Origin: Schmidtea polychroa
Taxonomy: Eukaryota
DNA length: 64,000 bases
Reading direction: 5' to 3'
Assembly (NCBI GenBank): GCA_044892525.1
Contig: CM097885.1
Location: 682,001-746,000 of the forward strand
Below the pieces are notes generated by a model, which saw only the letters and a list, made by a program, of their open reading frames with translations, was not told the DNA's origin and made no database searches. Positions 1 to 11,661 of the stretch are shown here, piece after piece. A program made the translations under genes and the position numbers. The first letter of the stretch is position 1. Each line of letters begins with the position of its first letter.

Positions 1-543
1 TCAATTGTCAAATTAATATCGTAGCCGGTGACACAGATTCCTTCTTTTTAGAGTGTAAAAATGTAGATTTACGCCTACAACTGTATCCAAAAATGATTGA
101 AGATGGGCTCTTAGATACTTCAAATTATCCAGTGACCGATCCGTTGTTCTCTGATGAAATTTGTTCTGTAATCGGGAAATTCAAGGATGAGAATAAAGGA
201 AATCAATATAAAGAATGGGTGTTTCTTCTATTCACTACAAGGCGATAAAAACACTCTAAAAGCCAAAGGAATAAGACTTACAAAGTCTAATCTTACACAT
301 AAAGCCTATAAAAAAGTGTATACTGATGGTGGAACAGTGAGCATCCCACAAAAAAGAATAGGAAGTGTCAATCATCAGTTGTATACTTTCATGACAGAAA
401 AACGAGCTCTCCAATGTTTGGACGATAAAAGGTATTGGTACAATTGTAATGAAAGCTATGTCTACGGTCACTATAAGATTCGTCAAATGCATATTGCAAC
501 TGCTATGTCTAGAAATGAATGCAAATCGAAACAAGGACTTTAA
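1..543 (+). pseudogene. 3-prime fragment of protein-primed DNA polymerase B (second Polinton-like family), copy 1
   Basis: Motif C INIVAGDTDSFF, IGKFKDE, KAKG and DDKRYW are present; frameshift after EWVFL where RPKxY is lost; runs off the window start. Confidence 0.85.
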
Positions 544-1180
544 CAATTAAATTTATGTGAATAATAAAATATATATTGTGAATTATTTGACTTCGTTAAT
601 TAAAATATGTTTTATCATTTAATAATTCATTTGTCCAATTAATTTAGATAATTAGTTTTAAGTAAGAATTATTATTTATCATGAAAAACTTTGCTTTGTT
701 TTGAAAAATTAATGCCCATTTTATTTTAAATTTACACAGCTTTATTTTATGATAATTACTAATTAAAATTTTATTCAAATTGAAATATTATTGTTACAAT
801 TTACACTCTTGTTAGAATATATTAAATGTAAATGTAAAATAATAACAATAAAAAAAAATAATAATAATAAATAAAAAAAATGAAATAAAAAAATTTAAAT
901 TAAAAAAAATAATAATAATTAGTTAAATAATTAATTAAAAATTAATTAAAAAAATCAGTTAAATAACGTAAGTAATTAAAATAAAATATTAATAATTAAT
1001 TAATTAATTAAATGTAATAAATTGAAAATTAACTAAAGTAATTAATTAAAACAAAAAACATAATAAAATAATTACTTAATAAATTTAAAAAAAAAATTAA
1101 ATAAAATGATTCGATTGACCTATATTTGATCTGGACATTGGGATGACTTGAAAGTGTCCTGGAGTCCTCACTATATACTA

Positions 1181-1992
1181 CAACAGTTTATACGGTAAAA
1201 CTGTGGAAAACTTGAAGAAACGTATAAATTTGAAATTATGCAACAAAAGCAAAAGATTGATAACTTATTGTAGTCATCCTATGTTTCGTCGTAGCATCAA
1301 GATTGCGGATGATCTCATTGCTGTTATACTCAATAAGGAAATTGTGTGTTTAGATAGACCAATGTATTTTGGACAAATCGTACTTGATTTATCCAAACTT
1401 CGCATGTACCAATTTCAATATAAAGAACTACAGAGTTATAGAGAAGAATTCAATTGTCAAATTAATATCGTAGCCGGTGACACAGATTCCTTTTTTTTAG
1501 AGTGTAAAAATGTAGATTTACGCTTACAACTGTATCCAAAAATGATTGAAGATGGGCTCTTAGATACTTCAAATTATCCAGTGACCGATCCGTTGTTCTC
1601 TGATGAAATTTGTTCTGTAATCGGGAAAGTTAAGGATGAGAATAAAGGAAATCAATATAAAGAATGGGTGTTTCTTCTATTCACTACAAGGCGATAAAAA
1701 CACTCTAAAAGCCAAAGGAATAAGACTTACAAAGTCTAATCTTACACATAAAGCCTATAAAAAAGTGTATACTGATGGTGGAACAGTGAGCATCCCACAA
1801 AAAAGAATAGGAAGTGTCAATCATCAGTTGTATACTTTCATGACAGAAAAACGAGCTCTCCAATGTTTGGACGATAAAAGGTATTGGTACAATTGTAATG
1901 AAAGCTATGCCTACGGTCACTATAAGATTCGTCAAATGCATATTGCAACTGCTATGTCTAGAAATGAATGCAAATCGAAACAAGGACTTTAA
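1181..1992 (+). pseudogene. 3-prime fragment of pPolB, tandem copy 2
   Basis: Begins abruptly at motif B (NSLYGKTVEN), then LDRPMYFGQIVLDLSKLRMY and GDTDS; same frameshift as copy 1; near-identical to copy 1 at offset 1449. Confidence 0.85.
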
Positions 1993-2789
1993 CAATTAAA
2001 TTTATGTGAATAATAAAATATATATTGTGAATTATTTGACTTCGTTAATTAAAATATGTTTTATCATTTAATAATTCATTTGTCCAATTAATTTAGATAA
2101 TTAGTTTTAAGTAAGAATTATTATTTATCATGAAAACTTTGCTTTGTTTTGAAAAATTAATGCCCATTTTATTTTAAATTAACACAGCTTTATTTTATGA
2201 TAATTACTAATTAAAATTTTATTCAAATTGAAATATTATTGTTACAATTTACACTCTTGTTAGAATATATTAAATGTAAATGTAAAATAATAACAATAAA
2301 AAAATAATAATAATAATAAATAAATAAAAATTAAATTAAAAAAAAAATTAATTAAATAACGTAAGTAATTAAAATAAAATATTAATAAATAATTAATTAA
2401 TTAAATGTAATAAATTGAAAATTAACTAAAGTAATTAATTAAAACAAAAAACATAATAAAATAATTAATTAATAAATTTAAAAAAAAAATTAAATAACAT
2501 TAAAAAAAAAATAAATAGAAATGATTCTATTGACCTATATTTGATCTGGACATTGGGATGACCTTGAAAGTGTCCTGGAGTCTATATATACTACTAATTA
2601 TAATCATAATTTTCTTTAATTTAACCCTTTATTTACTTAATTTAGCCCTTGTTAGTAGATGGATTGGGCACCGCTGGCACAGGGCACCGCTAGCACAGTA
2701 CCCCCCCTCCCCCCTCCTTCCGTCGAAAAGATTTTCAAAAATATTCTAAGTCTAAAAGTACATTTTTTTTCAAGGTCAAATTTAAACAA

Positions 2790-4180
2790 AGACATATGAC
2801 TCATCAAGGTCATTGAAACAAAGACCATGACTCACAGTATGACTCATCAAAATTTTCAAGGTCATTTAAACAAAGACCATGACTCATCCTATGACTCACC
2901 AAGGTCATTTTCAAGGTCATATGATTCATACTATGACTCATCAAGGCCAAAAAAATTTTCTCAGGGTCATTTAAACAAAGACCATGACTTATCAAGGTCA
3001 TTTTCAAGGACATATGACTCATACTATGACTCATCAAGGTCATTTCCAAGGGCATATGACTCATACTATGACTCATCAAGGTCAAAAAATTTTCTCAAGG
3101 TCATTTAACAAAGTCCATGCCTCATCAAGTTTGTTTTCAAGGTCATATGACTCATAATATGACTCATCAAGGTCGTTGAAACAAAGCCAATGACTATAAT
3201 ATGACTCATCAAGGTCATTCTCAAGGTCGTATGACTCATAATATGACTCATCAAGGTCATTCTCAAGGTTGGATGACTCATACTATGACACATCAAGGTC
3301 ATTTTCAAGGTCATATGACTCATCCGATGAGGCATAAAAATTTTCAAGATCATTTAAACAAAGACCATGACTCATTCAAGGTCATTTTCAAGGTCATATG
3401 ACTCATTCAAGGTCATTTTCAAGGTCATATGACTCATCAAGGTCATTTTCAAGGTCATATGATTCATACTATGACTCGTCAAGGCCAAAAAAATTTTCTC
3501 AAGGTCATTTAAACAAAGACCATGAATTATCAAGGTCATTTTCAAGGGCATATGACTCATACTTTGACTCATCAAGGTCATTTCCAAGGTCATATGACCC
3601 ATACTATGACTCATCGAGGTCAAAAAAATTTTCTCAAGGTCATTTAACAAAGACCATGACTCATCAAGTTTGTTTTCAAGGTCATATGACTCATAATATG
3701 ACTCATCAAGGTCATTGAAACAAAAACCGTGACTATAATATGACTCATCAAGGTCATTCTCAAGGTCGTATGACTCATAATATGACTCATAAAGGTCATT
3801 CTCAAGGTTGGATGACTCATACTATGACACATCAAGGACATTTTCAAGGTCATATGACTCATCCGATGAGTCATAAAAATTTTCAAGGTCATTTAAACAA
3901 AGTCCATGACTCATTCAAGGACATTTTCAAGGTCATATGACTCATTCAAGGTCATTTTCAAGGTCATATGACTCATTCAAGGTCATTCTCAAGGTCATAT
4001 GACTCATACTATGACTCATAAAAATTTTCAAGGTCGTATGACTCATACTGAGACTCATCAAAATTTTCCAAGGTCATCTGAGTCATCTTATGACTCATCA
4101 AGGTCATTTTCAAGGTCACATGACTCATCCAAGGTCATTCTCAAGGTCACATGAGTCATCGCTATGAGTCATCAAGGTCA
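2790..4180. repeat. Complex tandem array of TGACTCA / TCAAGGTCA words in the left TIR of element 1
   Basis: Dozens of ATGACTCAT and TCAAGGTCA units with higher-order periodicity; source of the repetitive ORFs at 2810-3940. Confidence 0.95.
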
Positions 4181-4359
4181 TATTATTATTTTTAAAAATA
4201 TTATTATTTTTATTATTATTTTTAAAAAATATTATTATTTTTAATTTTTTCAAAGTTCCCGTCAACGAAAATTAATAATCGATATCTCATTTTAAAGATC
4301 AATCCAAGGCCTTTCGAATGAGCCATATATCTTGTTATTCAGATTACTATTTCTAAAGA

Positions 4360-4471
<112 letters not shown>

Positions 4472-4566
4472 CTATATACACCGAGTCTATATACTCCGAG
4501 TCTTTCCGACAAAATATTTTGTCCCCCTATGGGTAATGCTCACAAGGGTACTGGTCACGCTCAACA
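4472..4566 (-). promoter_or_regulatory. Conserved ~90-bp cassette, copy 1 (putative promoter)
   Basis: Minus strand reads TACCCTTG..TACCCATAGGGGGACAAAATATTTTGTCGGA..CTCGGAGTATATA; contains the perfect palindrome GACAAAATATTTTGTC (4508-4523). Confidence 0.5.
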
Positions 4567-5428
4567 AATCAGCAAATCAACAAAACAAACATTTATTTAA
4601 ACAATAAAATAATGTAAAATTAACAAAGGTAAACTAAATATTGATGTACTACTATTCGCAGCAATATTGTTTGAAAACAAACGGCAATACAAAAGTACTC
4701 ATCGATGACTCATTTATTTTTTGAAGAAAGACAATGACGCACCCATGGGATATATTATTTATTACTATCAATAGTATTAATATTATTATTATTAATATTA
4801 TTATTATTATTATTATTATCATCAAGTTTTAATAACCAAGGTAATTTAAACAAAGACCATGACTCAGTCGCTGAATCATCAAGGTCGTTCTATTTTTAGT
4901 AACAAAGACATCTATTTTTAGTAACATTTTGAATATATTTTTAGTAACATTTTTGATCCGATCATTGATCCGATGACTCGCCAAGGTCATTCTATTTTTA
5001 GTAACAAAGACATCTATTTTTGTTCCAGCGGTTTATTTTTGTTTAAATTATCGAATACGTAATAATTTAATTTTGTTTAAATTGTTAATAATAATATTTT
5101 TATTTTTTGTTTTAATTATCGAATACGTAATAATTTAATTTTGTTTAAATCGTTGATTATATAATAATATTTTTATTTTTTGTTTTAATTATCGAATACG
5201 TAATAATTTAATTTTGTTTAAATCGTTGATTATGTAATAATAACATGTTTTGTTTTAATTATCGATTACTCAATAATTTAATTTTGTTTAAATCGTTGAT
5301 TATGAAATATTTTTGGATTTAATTGTCGATTACGTAATAATTTAATTTATCATTATAATTGGGAAAGATATTACCGCTCGCGCGGAAAATGTTATTTTCA
5401 AAATTATTATTTTCGAAATTTTAATCAA

Positions 5429-5483
<55 letters not shown>

Positions 5484-5508
5484 AATGTTATTATTATTAG
5501 TATTAATC

Positions 5509-5600
5509 TATATAGTCCGAGTTTATCCGACAAAATATTGTGTCCCCCTATGTGTATTTGTAGAAAGGGTACTGGTCACATTCAACATGTCGCAAGGGTA
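5509..5600 (-). promoter_or_regulatory. Conserved cassette, copy 2
   Basis: Same consensus as copy 1; mirrored by 31456-31547. Confidence 0.5.
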
Positions 5601-5785
5601 TTAATATTATTATTATTATTATAACATTAATATAACTTCATTATTTTCAAGGTCATATTATTATTTTTCAAAATATTATTATTTTCAAGGTCATATTATT
5701 ATTTTTCAAAATATTATTATTTTCAAGGTCATATTATTATTTTTCAAAATATTATTATTTTCAAGGTCATATTATTATTTTTCAA

Positions 5786-6297
5786 AATATTATTATATTT
5801 TTCAAGGTCATATTATTATTTTTCAAAATATTATTATATTTTTCAAGATCATATTATTATTTTTCAAAATATTATTATTTTCAAGGTCATATTATTATTT
5901 TTCAAAATATTATTATATTTTTCAAGGTCATATTATTATTTTTCAAAATATTATTATATTTTTCAAGGTCATATTATTATTTTTCAAAATATTATTATTT
6001 CAAAGTCATATTATTATTTTATTTTAGTTTTGTTTAAATCGTTGATTATATGATAATATTTTTATTTTGGTTTTAATTATCGATTACTTAATAATTTTTT
6101 ATTTTTTTTAATTATCGATTACTTAATAATTTAATATTGTTTAAATCGTTAATTATATAATAATATTTTTTTTGTTTTAATTATCAATTATGTAATAATT
6201 TAATTTTGTTTAAATCGTTGATTGTATGATAATATTTTTATTTTTGTTTTAATTATCGATTACTTAATACCTTAATTTTGTTTAAATCGTTGATTAT
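5786..6297 (+). repeat. 512-bp direct repeat, left of the Polinton
   Basis: Identical by eye to 20656-21167 at constant offset 14870. Confidence 0.9.
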
Positions 6298-7271
6298 ATA
6301 TATACTCAACCAAAACAGCCCCCCAACAAAAACATGCCTCCAAATCACTTAAGCTATTAGAAAAACAACCTAAAACTTATACTTTTATAGTATTTTAACC
6401 CTATATTTTGAAAACAACCACCTTTAATGACTCTAACTGTTTTAATCTTTAAAGCCTCAAACTCAAAAGCTTCAAACTAAAAAGAGAATAGAAAAGAAAA
6501 TGGCATTATGAAAAAGTTAGAGGGCTATTTGATCTTTATCAGATTATTGATTTTAAATTATATAAATTAAAAAATAAATGAAAAATAGTAAAACTGCTCT
6601 GAGGGGACAGTGGTATTTTTTTTTTTTTTTTTTTAACTGTCCCCTCAACAGTTTTTTTTGATCCGGATCATTTTTTTTATTTATCAACCTCTTTCGTTTA
6701 TCGAATCTCTTCCAATATACAAGCTGGCCAGACTCATACATCAGAATCAATCCGATAATAGCAGCACACCTTATTATTCGCTTCTCGCTCGAATACGATT
6801 TCATCGGCGTTTTAAGTGTGCTGCTCGAAAGTACAAATGAATTCGAAAGCGAATTCGAAAGAGGTCCGAAAACAACTGAGAAATAAATGTGCACATTACC
6901 GGGATCGATCCGGGGGTGTTCGAAAGACAGGTGGCGATAATTACCGGTTCGCCACCATCACCCGTTTCAATATTTTTTTTTTCATATTTATGTTTAAAAA
7001 ATAATTAAATAATAAAAAAATAAAATAAAATAAAATAAATAAAATAAAATATACAAGTACTTTATAAATATAAGATACCCACACTATTTTCAATATTATT
7101 TTCAAATTTTTAATATTATTTTATGTTGAAAAAAAACTAACCTCAGATGTGATTTGAACCGCTAGCATTTTGAACCACTGTGTCAGTCTAGCCCACTGCG
7201 CCATCTAGGATTGGATTTTTTGTCATTTTTTAAATTTTTATTATAAAAAATGAATAATATAAATCTTAAAA
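6298..7271 (+). repeat. Left terminal inverted repeat of the Polinton (terminal AGTAGT missing)
   Basis: Imperfect reverse complement of 19634-20645. Confidence 0.9.
7129..7210 (-). ncRNA. Putative Pol III type-2 small RNA in the left TIR
   Basis: Minus strand: A box TGGCGCAGTGG (7203-7193), B box GGTTCAAATC (7160-7151), T8 terminator (7136-7129). Confidence 0.5.
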
Positions 7272-7286
7272 AAATTTTTTCTAAAA

Positions 7287-10200
7287 ATGAATTGTAATAT
7301 TTGCAATAAAGTTTTTAAAAATAAAACTGGATTAATTTCTCACTTAAAATCGAAAGCTCATTTATTAAAAGAAAATAATCTTAATGATACAAATTCAAAA
7401 CTTTGTCTTAAATGTAAAGGAAGATTTCTACATTCTGGATATAATAAACATTTTGAAAATTGTATCGGGAAAATTAGAGAAATATTTACATGTCCTCATT
7501 GTAACTTTTCAACAAAACTAAATTTCTATTATTTAGAACATATAAAAGAATGTAAAAATAAAAAACAAAATTCTGACGATGAGGAATGTCATTCAGAAGG
7601 AGAACCTGATCATGTTGAAAGAGAAAAATATAACTGGGATAATTTTAATCATATAGATGAATTTCAATTAAAAATTAATGGGCCTGCAACTCCTGGAGAA
7701 TATATAAATAAAAATAAAAAATATATTAAAAATTCTTTCACTGAAGCTTTAAAAAATTATAAACCGACAAGGTATAATGTTATAAAATATAAAATTATAA
7801 TCAAAGCAAAATACTGGCGAGGAGCAGAAGAAAAGACAACACCCTTAGATGTTGAAATTGGAATACCCTTTAAATATTTATTTTCAATTAAAGGATTTGA
7901 TAAAACCATCAAAGAAATAATTAAAGCAGCAGAAGCAAAACAAGAGGAAGTAGAAAATGAATTAGGAGATTCAAACTTAGTATTCAACTCTTTCCAAACT
8001 TTAGTGATTGATTATTGGAGAGGATTACCACCCAATCCTAAATCTTATATTCCTACACCCTTTAAATCTAAAAATGTTATAAATGTACAGAATAATGATA
8101 ACAAATGTTTCATCTGGTCAATACTTGCACATTTACATCCTCAAGCAACAAATCCCCAAAGAGTTTCAAAATACAAACAATATGAAAATGAATTAATATT
8201 TCCCAAAGGATTCAAACACCCAATGAAACTAGAAGACATTCCAGAATTTGAAAAATTAAATAATCTTAAACTTAATATTTATGAACATGTTATAGGGAAA
8301 GAAATTATTCCAATTTATATTTCAGATAGTGGAACCAAGGATAATGGAGCACAGGACAATGAGATATATCTTTTAATCTTGGAACAAGAAAATAATCAAC
8401 ATTATGTTTTAATAAAAAACTTTCAAGCTTTTACATCTCCAGAGAATCCAACTAGTGGAGGAGGAACATGTAAAAGATGTCTTTATTATACAACAACTAA
8501 AAACTCTATGATTAAACATACAAGATTTTGTGAAAAAGATGATCCAGCTTTAATTAAAATGCCTAATAATCCCAAGATGTATTTTAAAAACTTTTCAAAT
8601 TTACTACAAACAGTTGGAGTTCTTTATGGTGACTTTGAATCTATAAACCATAAACAAGATTTGGTTTATCAATATTTAAAAATAATAGAAAAAAATAAAC
8701 TCATGGATTTATGGAACTCCTCAGTAGAGAAGATGAAACCAGAGAGGATGAAAGCCTTTCTAAGAAAAAGAAATAAACCTAATAGTGTTAAAAAAACTAA
8801 ACAATTACCATCTGCTTATAAATTATTATTTAAAAGTAATTATCCTGAACTCACAGAATCTAGAGAATATTCAATTCTAGGAGGTACCCCTGAAGAAGTC
8901 TTGAATCATTTTACTAAAAATATAAATGATCTAGAACATGAAATATTTAAAATATTAAAAACAAAGTATCCTCAAAATATTTCTAATCAACAACAACAAG
9001 AATATGAAAATACTTCCAACTGTTGGATGTGTAAACAGAATATTCTTCCTGATGAAAAAGTTATAGATCATGATCATTTAAAAAAGGAAAATAATTATCG
9101 AGGAGCAGCTCATAAAAATTGCAATCTTAATTGCCATACTCCTAAATTTATACCTGTTATATTTCATAATCTTTTTGGATATGACATACATCTATTTATT
9201 AAACATTTAGCAGCAAATGCTAAAAACTCTTTCAAAGTTATCGGCTTAACAAAAGAAAAATATAAATCAGTTGAATATGGGAAATTAAAATTTATAGACT
9301 CGTTAAACTTTCTTCAAATGTCTCTAGATGGAATAGCTAAAACAATGAAACCAGAAGATTTTAAAATCACTCGAGAATTCTTGGAAAAAAATAATATTCC
9401 TCTAGAAGAATATCCTACATGTTTAGCAAAAGGAATATATCCTTATGACTATGTTGACTCGTTTGAAAGATATAATGAAACAAGTCTTCCTAGCCAAGAA
9501 GATTTCTATTCACAACTTCAAAAAAATCATATTACAAATCAAGAATATTCTCGAGCAAATAAAATGTGGGAATTATTCAAGTGTAAAACTTTAGGAGAAT
9601 ATACAAGTATGTATTTATCCTTGGATGTTTATATTCTAGCAGATTGCTTTGAAGAATTTACAAAATCTTTTGTTCTTAAACCCTATAATTATATAACTGC
9701 ACCCTCTTTAGCTTGGGATACTATGTTATATACCATTTGGACTTCAAATATAGAAGATGCTGATAAAATTATAGATCTTTTAACTAACCTCGATATGTTT
9801 AACCAAATTAAAACAAACATTAGAGGAGGAGTCTCTTCAGTAATGGGGAATAGAGAAATAAAAGCTAGAAATGCAATAACTACTAGCCGAAGACTATCTA
9901 AACACCCTGATGATCCATATATGAAAATTAACAATGAGGAATTAAAAGAATTATTAGAAACAATGAAAAATCCTATATTTATACTTTATATAGATGCAAC
10001 AGCTTTATATTCAGGAATTATGACTCAATATTTACCAATGAGTGATTTCACTGAAATAGAGAACCCAACAGATGACCTTATGAAAGAAATACTTTCAACA
10101 TCGAAAGATTCTCCAATAGGTTACTTTATAGAATGTGACCTCGACTATCCAGATGATATAAAATCAGGAACAAGATATTTTCCTTTAGCTCCCATAAGAA

Positions 10201-11567
10201 GAAAGATTGATATCAACGAACTTTCTGAATGGCAAATCTCACAAGATAAACCTCCAACAATGAAACTTCTTTGTGATCAAACAGATCGAAGGTTTTATCT
10301 TTGTCACTATAGACTCCTCCAATTTTATCTCTCACGAGGAATGATATTAAAAAAAGTTCATAGTGTCATAAGATTTAAACAAGCTCCATTCATGAAAGCT
10401 TTTATCGAGGAGAACATTAGGTGTCGAAACATTGCAAAAAGAGAAGGTAACCTTTTTAAAGATAATAATTATAAACTTTTAAACAATTCAGTCTTTGGGA
10501 AAACAATGGAGAATGTTGATAAATATACTCATATTGAACTCCTAACAAATACTACCAAAGATATTAAGCGTTATAATCGCATGCTAGGAAAGCCTACATT
10601 TAAAAACGCACAAGTATTTTCTGAAAATCTTACTGCAGTAGAATTAAAAAATTATGAGAAAACATATAACAAACCAATATTTATAGGGTTTACAATTTTA
10701 GAACTTTCAAAATTACAAATGTATGAAACATATTATAACATCTTACAACCTATATACGGAGCAAATATATCAATGCATGCAATGGATACAGATTCAATGT
10801 TTTTAACAATAAGAACTCATGATTTACAAAAAGATATGAAAGAAAATCCTATACTTTCAAATTTAATAAATTCATCTGGAGAACTATTTTCGTTTAAAGA
10901 TGAAAAACCTTTTACTCCTATAGAAAATGGAATATTTATTCGTGCTAAACAATATTCATACGAAACATTTAGAAACCCTGAATTTATAACTAGATCATTT
11001 ATATTTAAAACTCCAGAAACAGAAGAAACCATTACACATAGATATCCTATATTTCCTAAAGAAGAAAAACCTGTAAAGGATAACAGATGTAAAGGAATAC
11101 AGAGAGTGGTGGCAAAGAATCTTTCTCATCAAGATTATATAGATACATTGAATCCAAATCATAAAGATAAAATTGATGAAATACATCAACTTAAAAGTGA
11201 AAACCATGATATTCACTTGATAGAATCTCAAAAAGTATCATTATCAAATTATGATGATAAAAGATTCATACTAAGTGATTTAAAGACAACTCTACCTATT
11301 GGAAATAATTTAATCCCTATAATAAAAAATCTAGAAAAGTTGAATAAGTTATATGATACAAAGATTACTGATCTTGATATTTATAATGTTGAAATTATTT
11401 ATCCCGAGAGAGAAATCGAGAAACCTTTATATTCTCAAGTTTTTAATCCTATATGTTTAGAACTTAAATATTTTAATACTGATCCTGAATATATAAAAGG
11501 TCTAAGTGATAAAGAATTTAAAGATCATAAATTAATGATTCATAGGTTGGCTTTCAACCATAACTGA
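7287..11567 (+). CDS. POLB: Protein-primed family B DNA polymerase with N-terminal C2H2 zinc fingers and endonuclease VII-like domain
   Basis: 1426-aa intact ORF; YGDFES exonuclease, DHDH..YRGAAH..CN, KGIYPY, YIDATALY, KLLNNSVFGK, MDTDS, YDDKRF. Confidence 0.97.
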   Translation: MNCNICNKVFKNKTGLISHLKSKAHLLKENNLNDTNSKLCLKCKGRFLHSGYNKHFENCIGKIREIFTCPHCNFSTKLNFYYLEHIKECKNKKQNSDDEECHSEGEPDHVEREKYNWDNFNHIDEFQLKINGPATPGEYINKNKKYIKNSFTEALKNYKPTRYNVIKYKIIIKAKYWRGAEEKTTPLDVEIGIPFKYLFSIKGFDKTIKEIIKAAEAKQEEVENELGDSNLVFNSFQTLVIDYWRGLPPNPKSYIPTPFKSKNVINVQNNDNKCFIWSILAHLHPQATNPQRVSKYKQYENELIFPKGFKHPMKLEDIPEFEKLNNLKLNIYEHVIGKEIIPIYISDSGTKDNGAQDNEIYLLILEQENNQHYVLIKNFQAFTSPENPTSGGGTCKRCLYYTTTKNSMIKHTRFCEKDDPALIKMPNNPKMYFKNFSNLLQTVGVLYGDFESINHKQDLVYQYLKIIEKNKLMDLWNSSVEKMKPERMKAFLRKRNKPNSVKKTKQLPSAYKLLFKSNYPELTESREYSILGGTPEEVLNHFTKNINDLEHEIFKILKTKYPQNISNQQQQEYENTSNCWMCKQNILPDEKVIDHDHLKKENNYRGAAHKNCNLNCHTPKFIPVIFHNLFGYDIHLFIKHLAANAKNSFKVIGLTKEKYKSVEYGKLKFIDSLNFLQMSLDGIAKTMKPEDFKITREFLEKNNIPLEEYPTCLAKGIYPYDYVDSFERYNETSLPSQEDFYSQLQKNHITNQEYSRANKMWELFKCKTLGEYTSMYLSLDVYILADCFEEFTKSFVLKPYNYITAPSLAWDTMLYTIWTSNIEDADKIIDLLTNLDMFNQIKTNIRGGVSSVMGNREIKARNAITTSRRLSKHPDDPYMKINNEELKELLETMKNPIFILYIDATALYSGIMTQYLPMSDFTEIENPTDDLMKEILSTSKDSPIGYFIECDLDYPDDIKSGTRYFPLAPIRRKIDINELSEWQISQDKPPTMKLLCDQTDRRFYLCHYRLLQFYLSRGMILKKVHSVIRFKQAPFMKAFIEENIRCRNIAKREGNLFKDNNYKLLNNSVFGKTMENVDKYTHIELLTNTTKDIKRYNRMLGKPTFKNAQVFSENLTAVELKNYEKTYNKPIFIGFTILELSKLQMYETYYNILQPIYGANISMHAMDTDSMFLTIRTHDLQKDMKENPILSNLINSSGELFSFKDEKPFTPIENGIFIRAKQYSYETFRNPEFITRSFIFKTPETEETITHRYPIFPKEEKPVKDNRCKGIQRVVAKNLSHQDYIDTLNPNHKDKIDEIHQLKSENHDIHLIESQKVSLSNYDDKRFILSDLKTTLPIGNNLIPIIKNLEKLNKLYDTKITDLDIYNVEIIYPEREIEKPLYSQVFNPICLELKYFNTDPEYIKGLSDKEFKDHKLMIHRLAFNHN

Positions 11568-11661
11568 AACCAACGATATTTAATTTTTTAATAATAAAAT
11601 GTCGACAATTAATTTAAGCAACTATAGCAACCTGATCTACTTTTTTAAAAATACACCCATT

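Noticed and set aside
2810..3940. Overlapping MTH/SHM/YDSSR-rich ORFs (also 32945-33507)
   Set aside because: Translations of the TGACTCA/TCAAGGTCA satellite; open on both strands and not conserved in length between arms.
6553..7004. ORFs inside the Polinton TIRs (also 19895-20334)
   Set aside because: Non-ATG starts and frames that differ between the two TIRs at homopolymers; better explained as structured non-coding DNA.
7129..7210. True tRNA gene
   Set aside because: A and B boxes are present but there is no convincing anticodon or T stem; reported as a Pol III-type ncRNA candidate instead.
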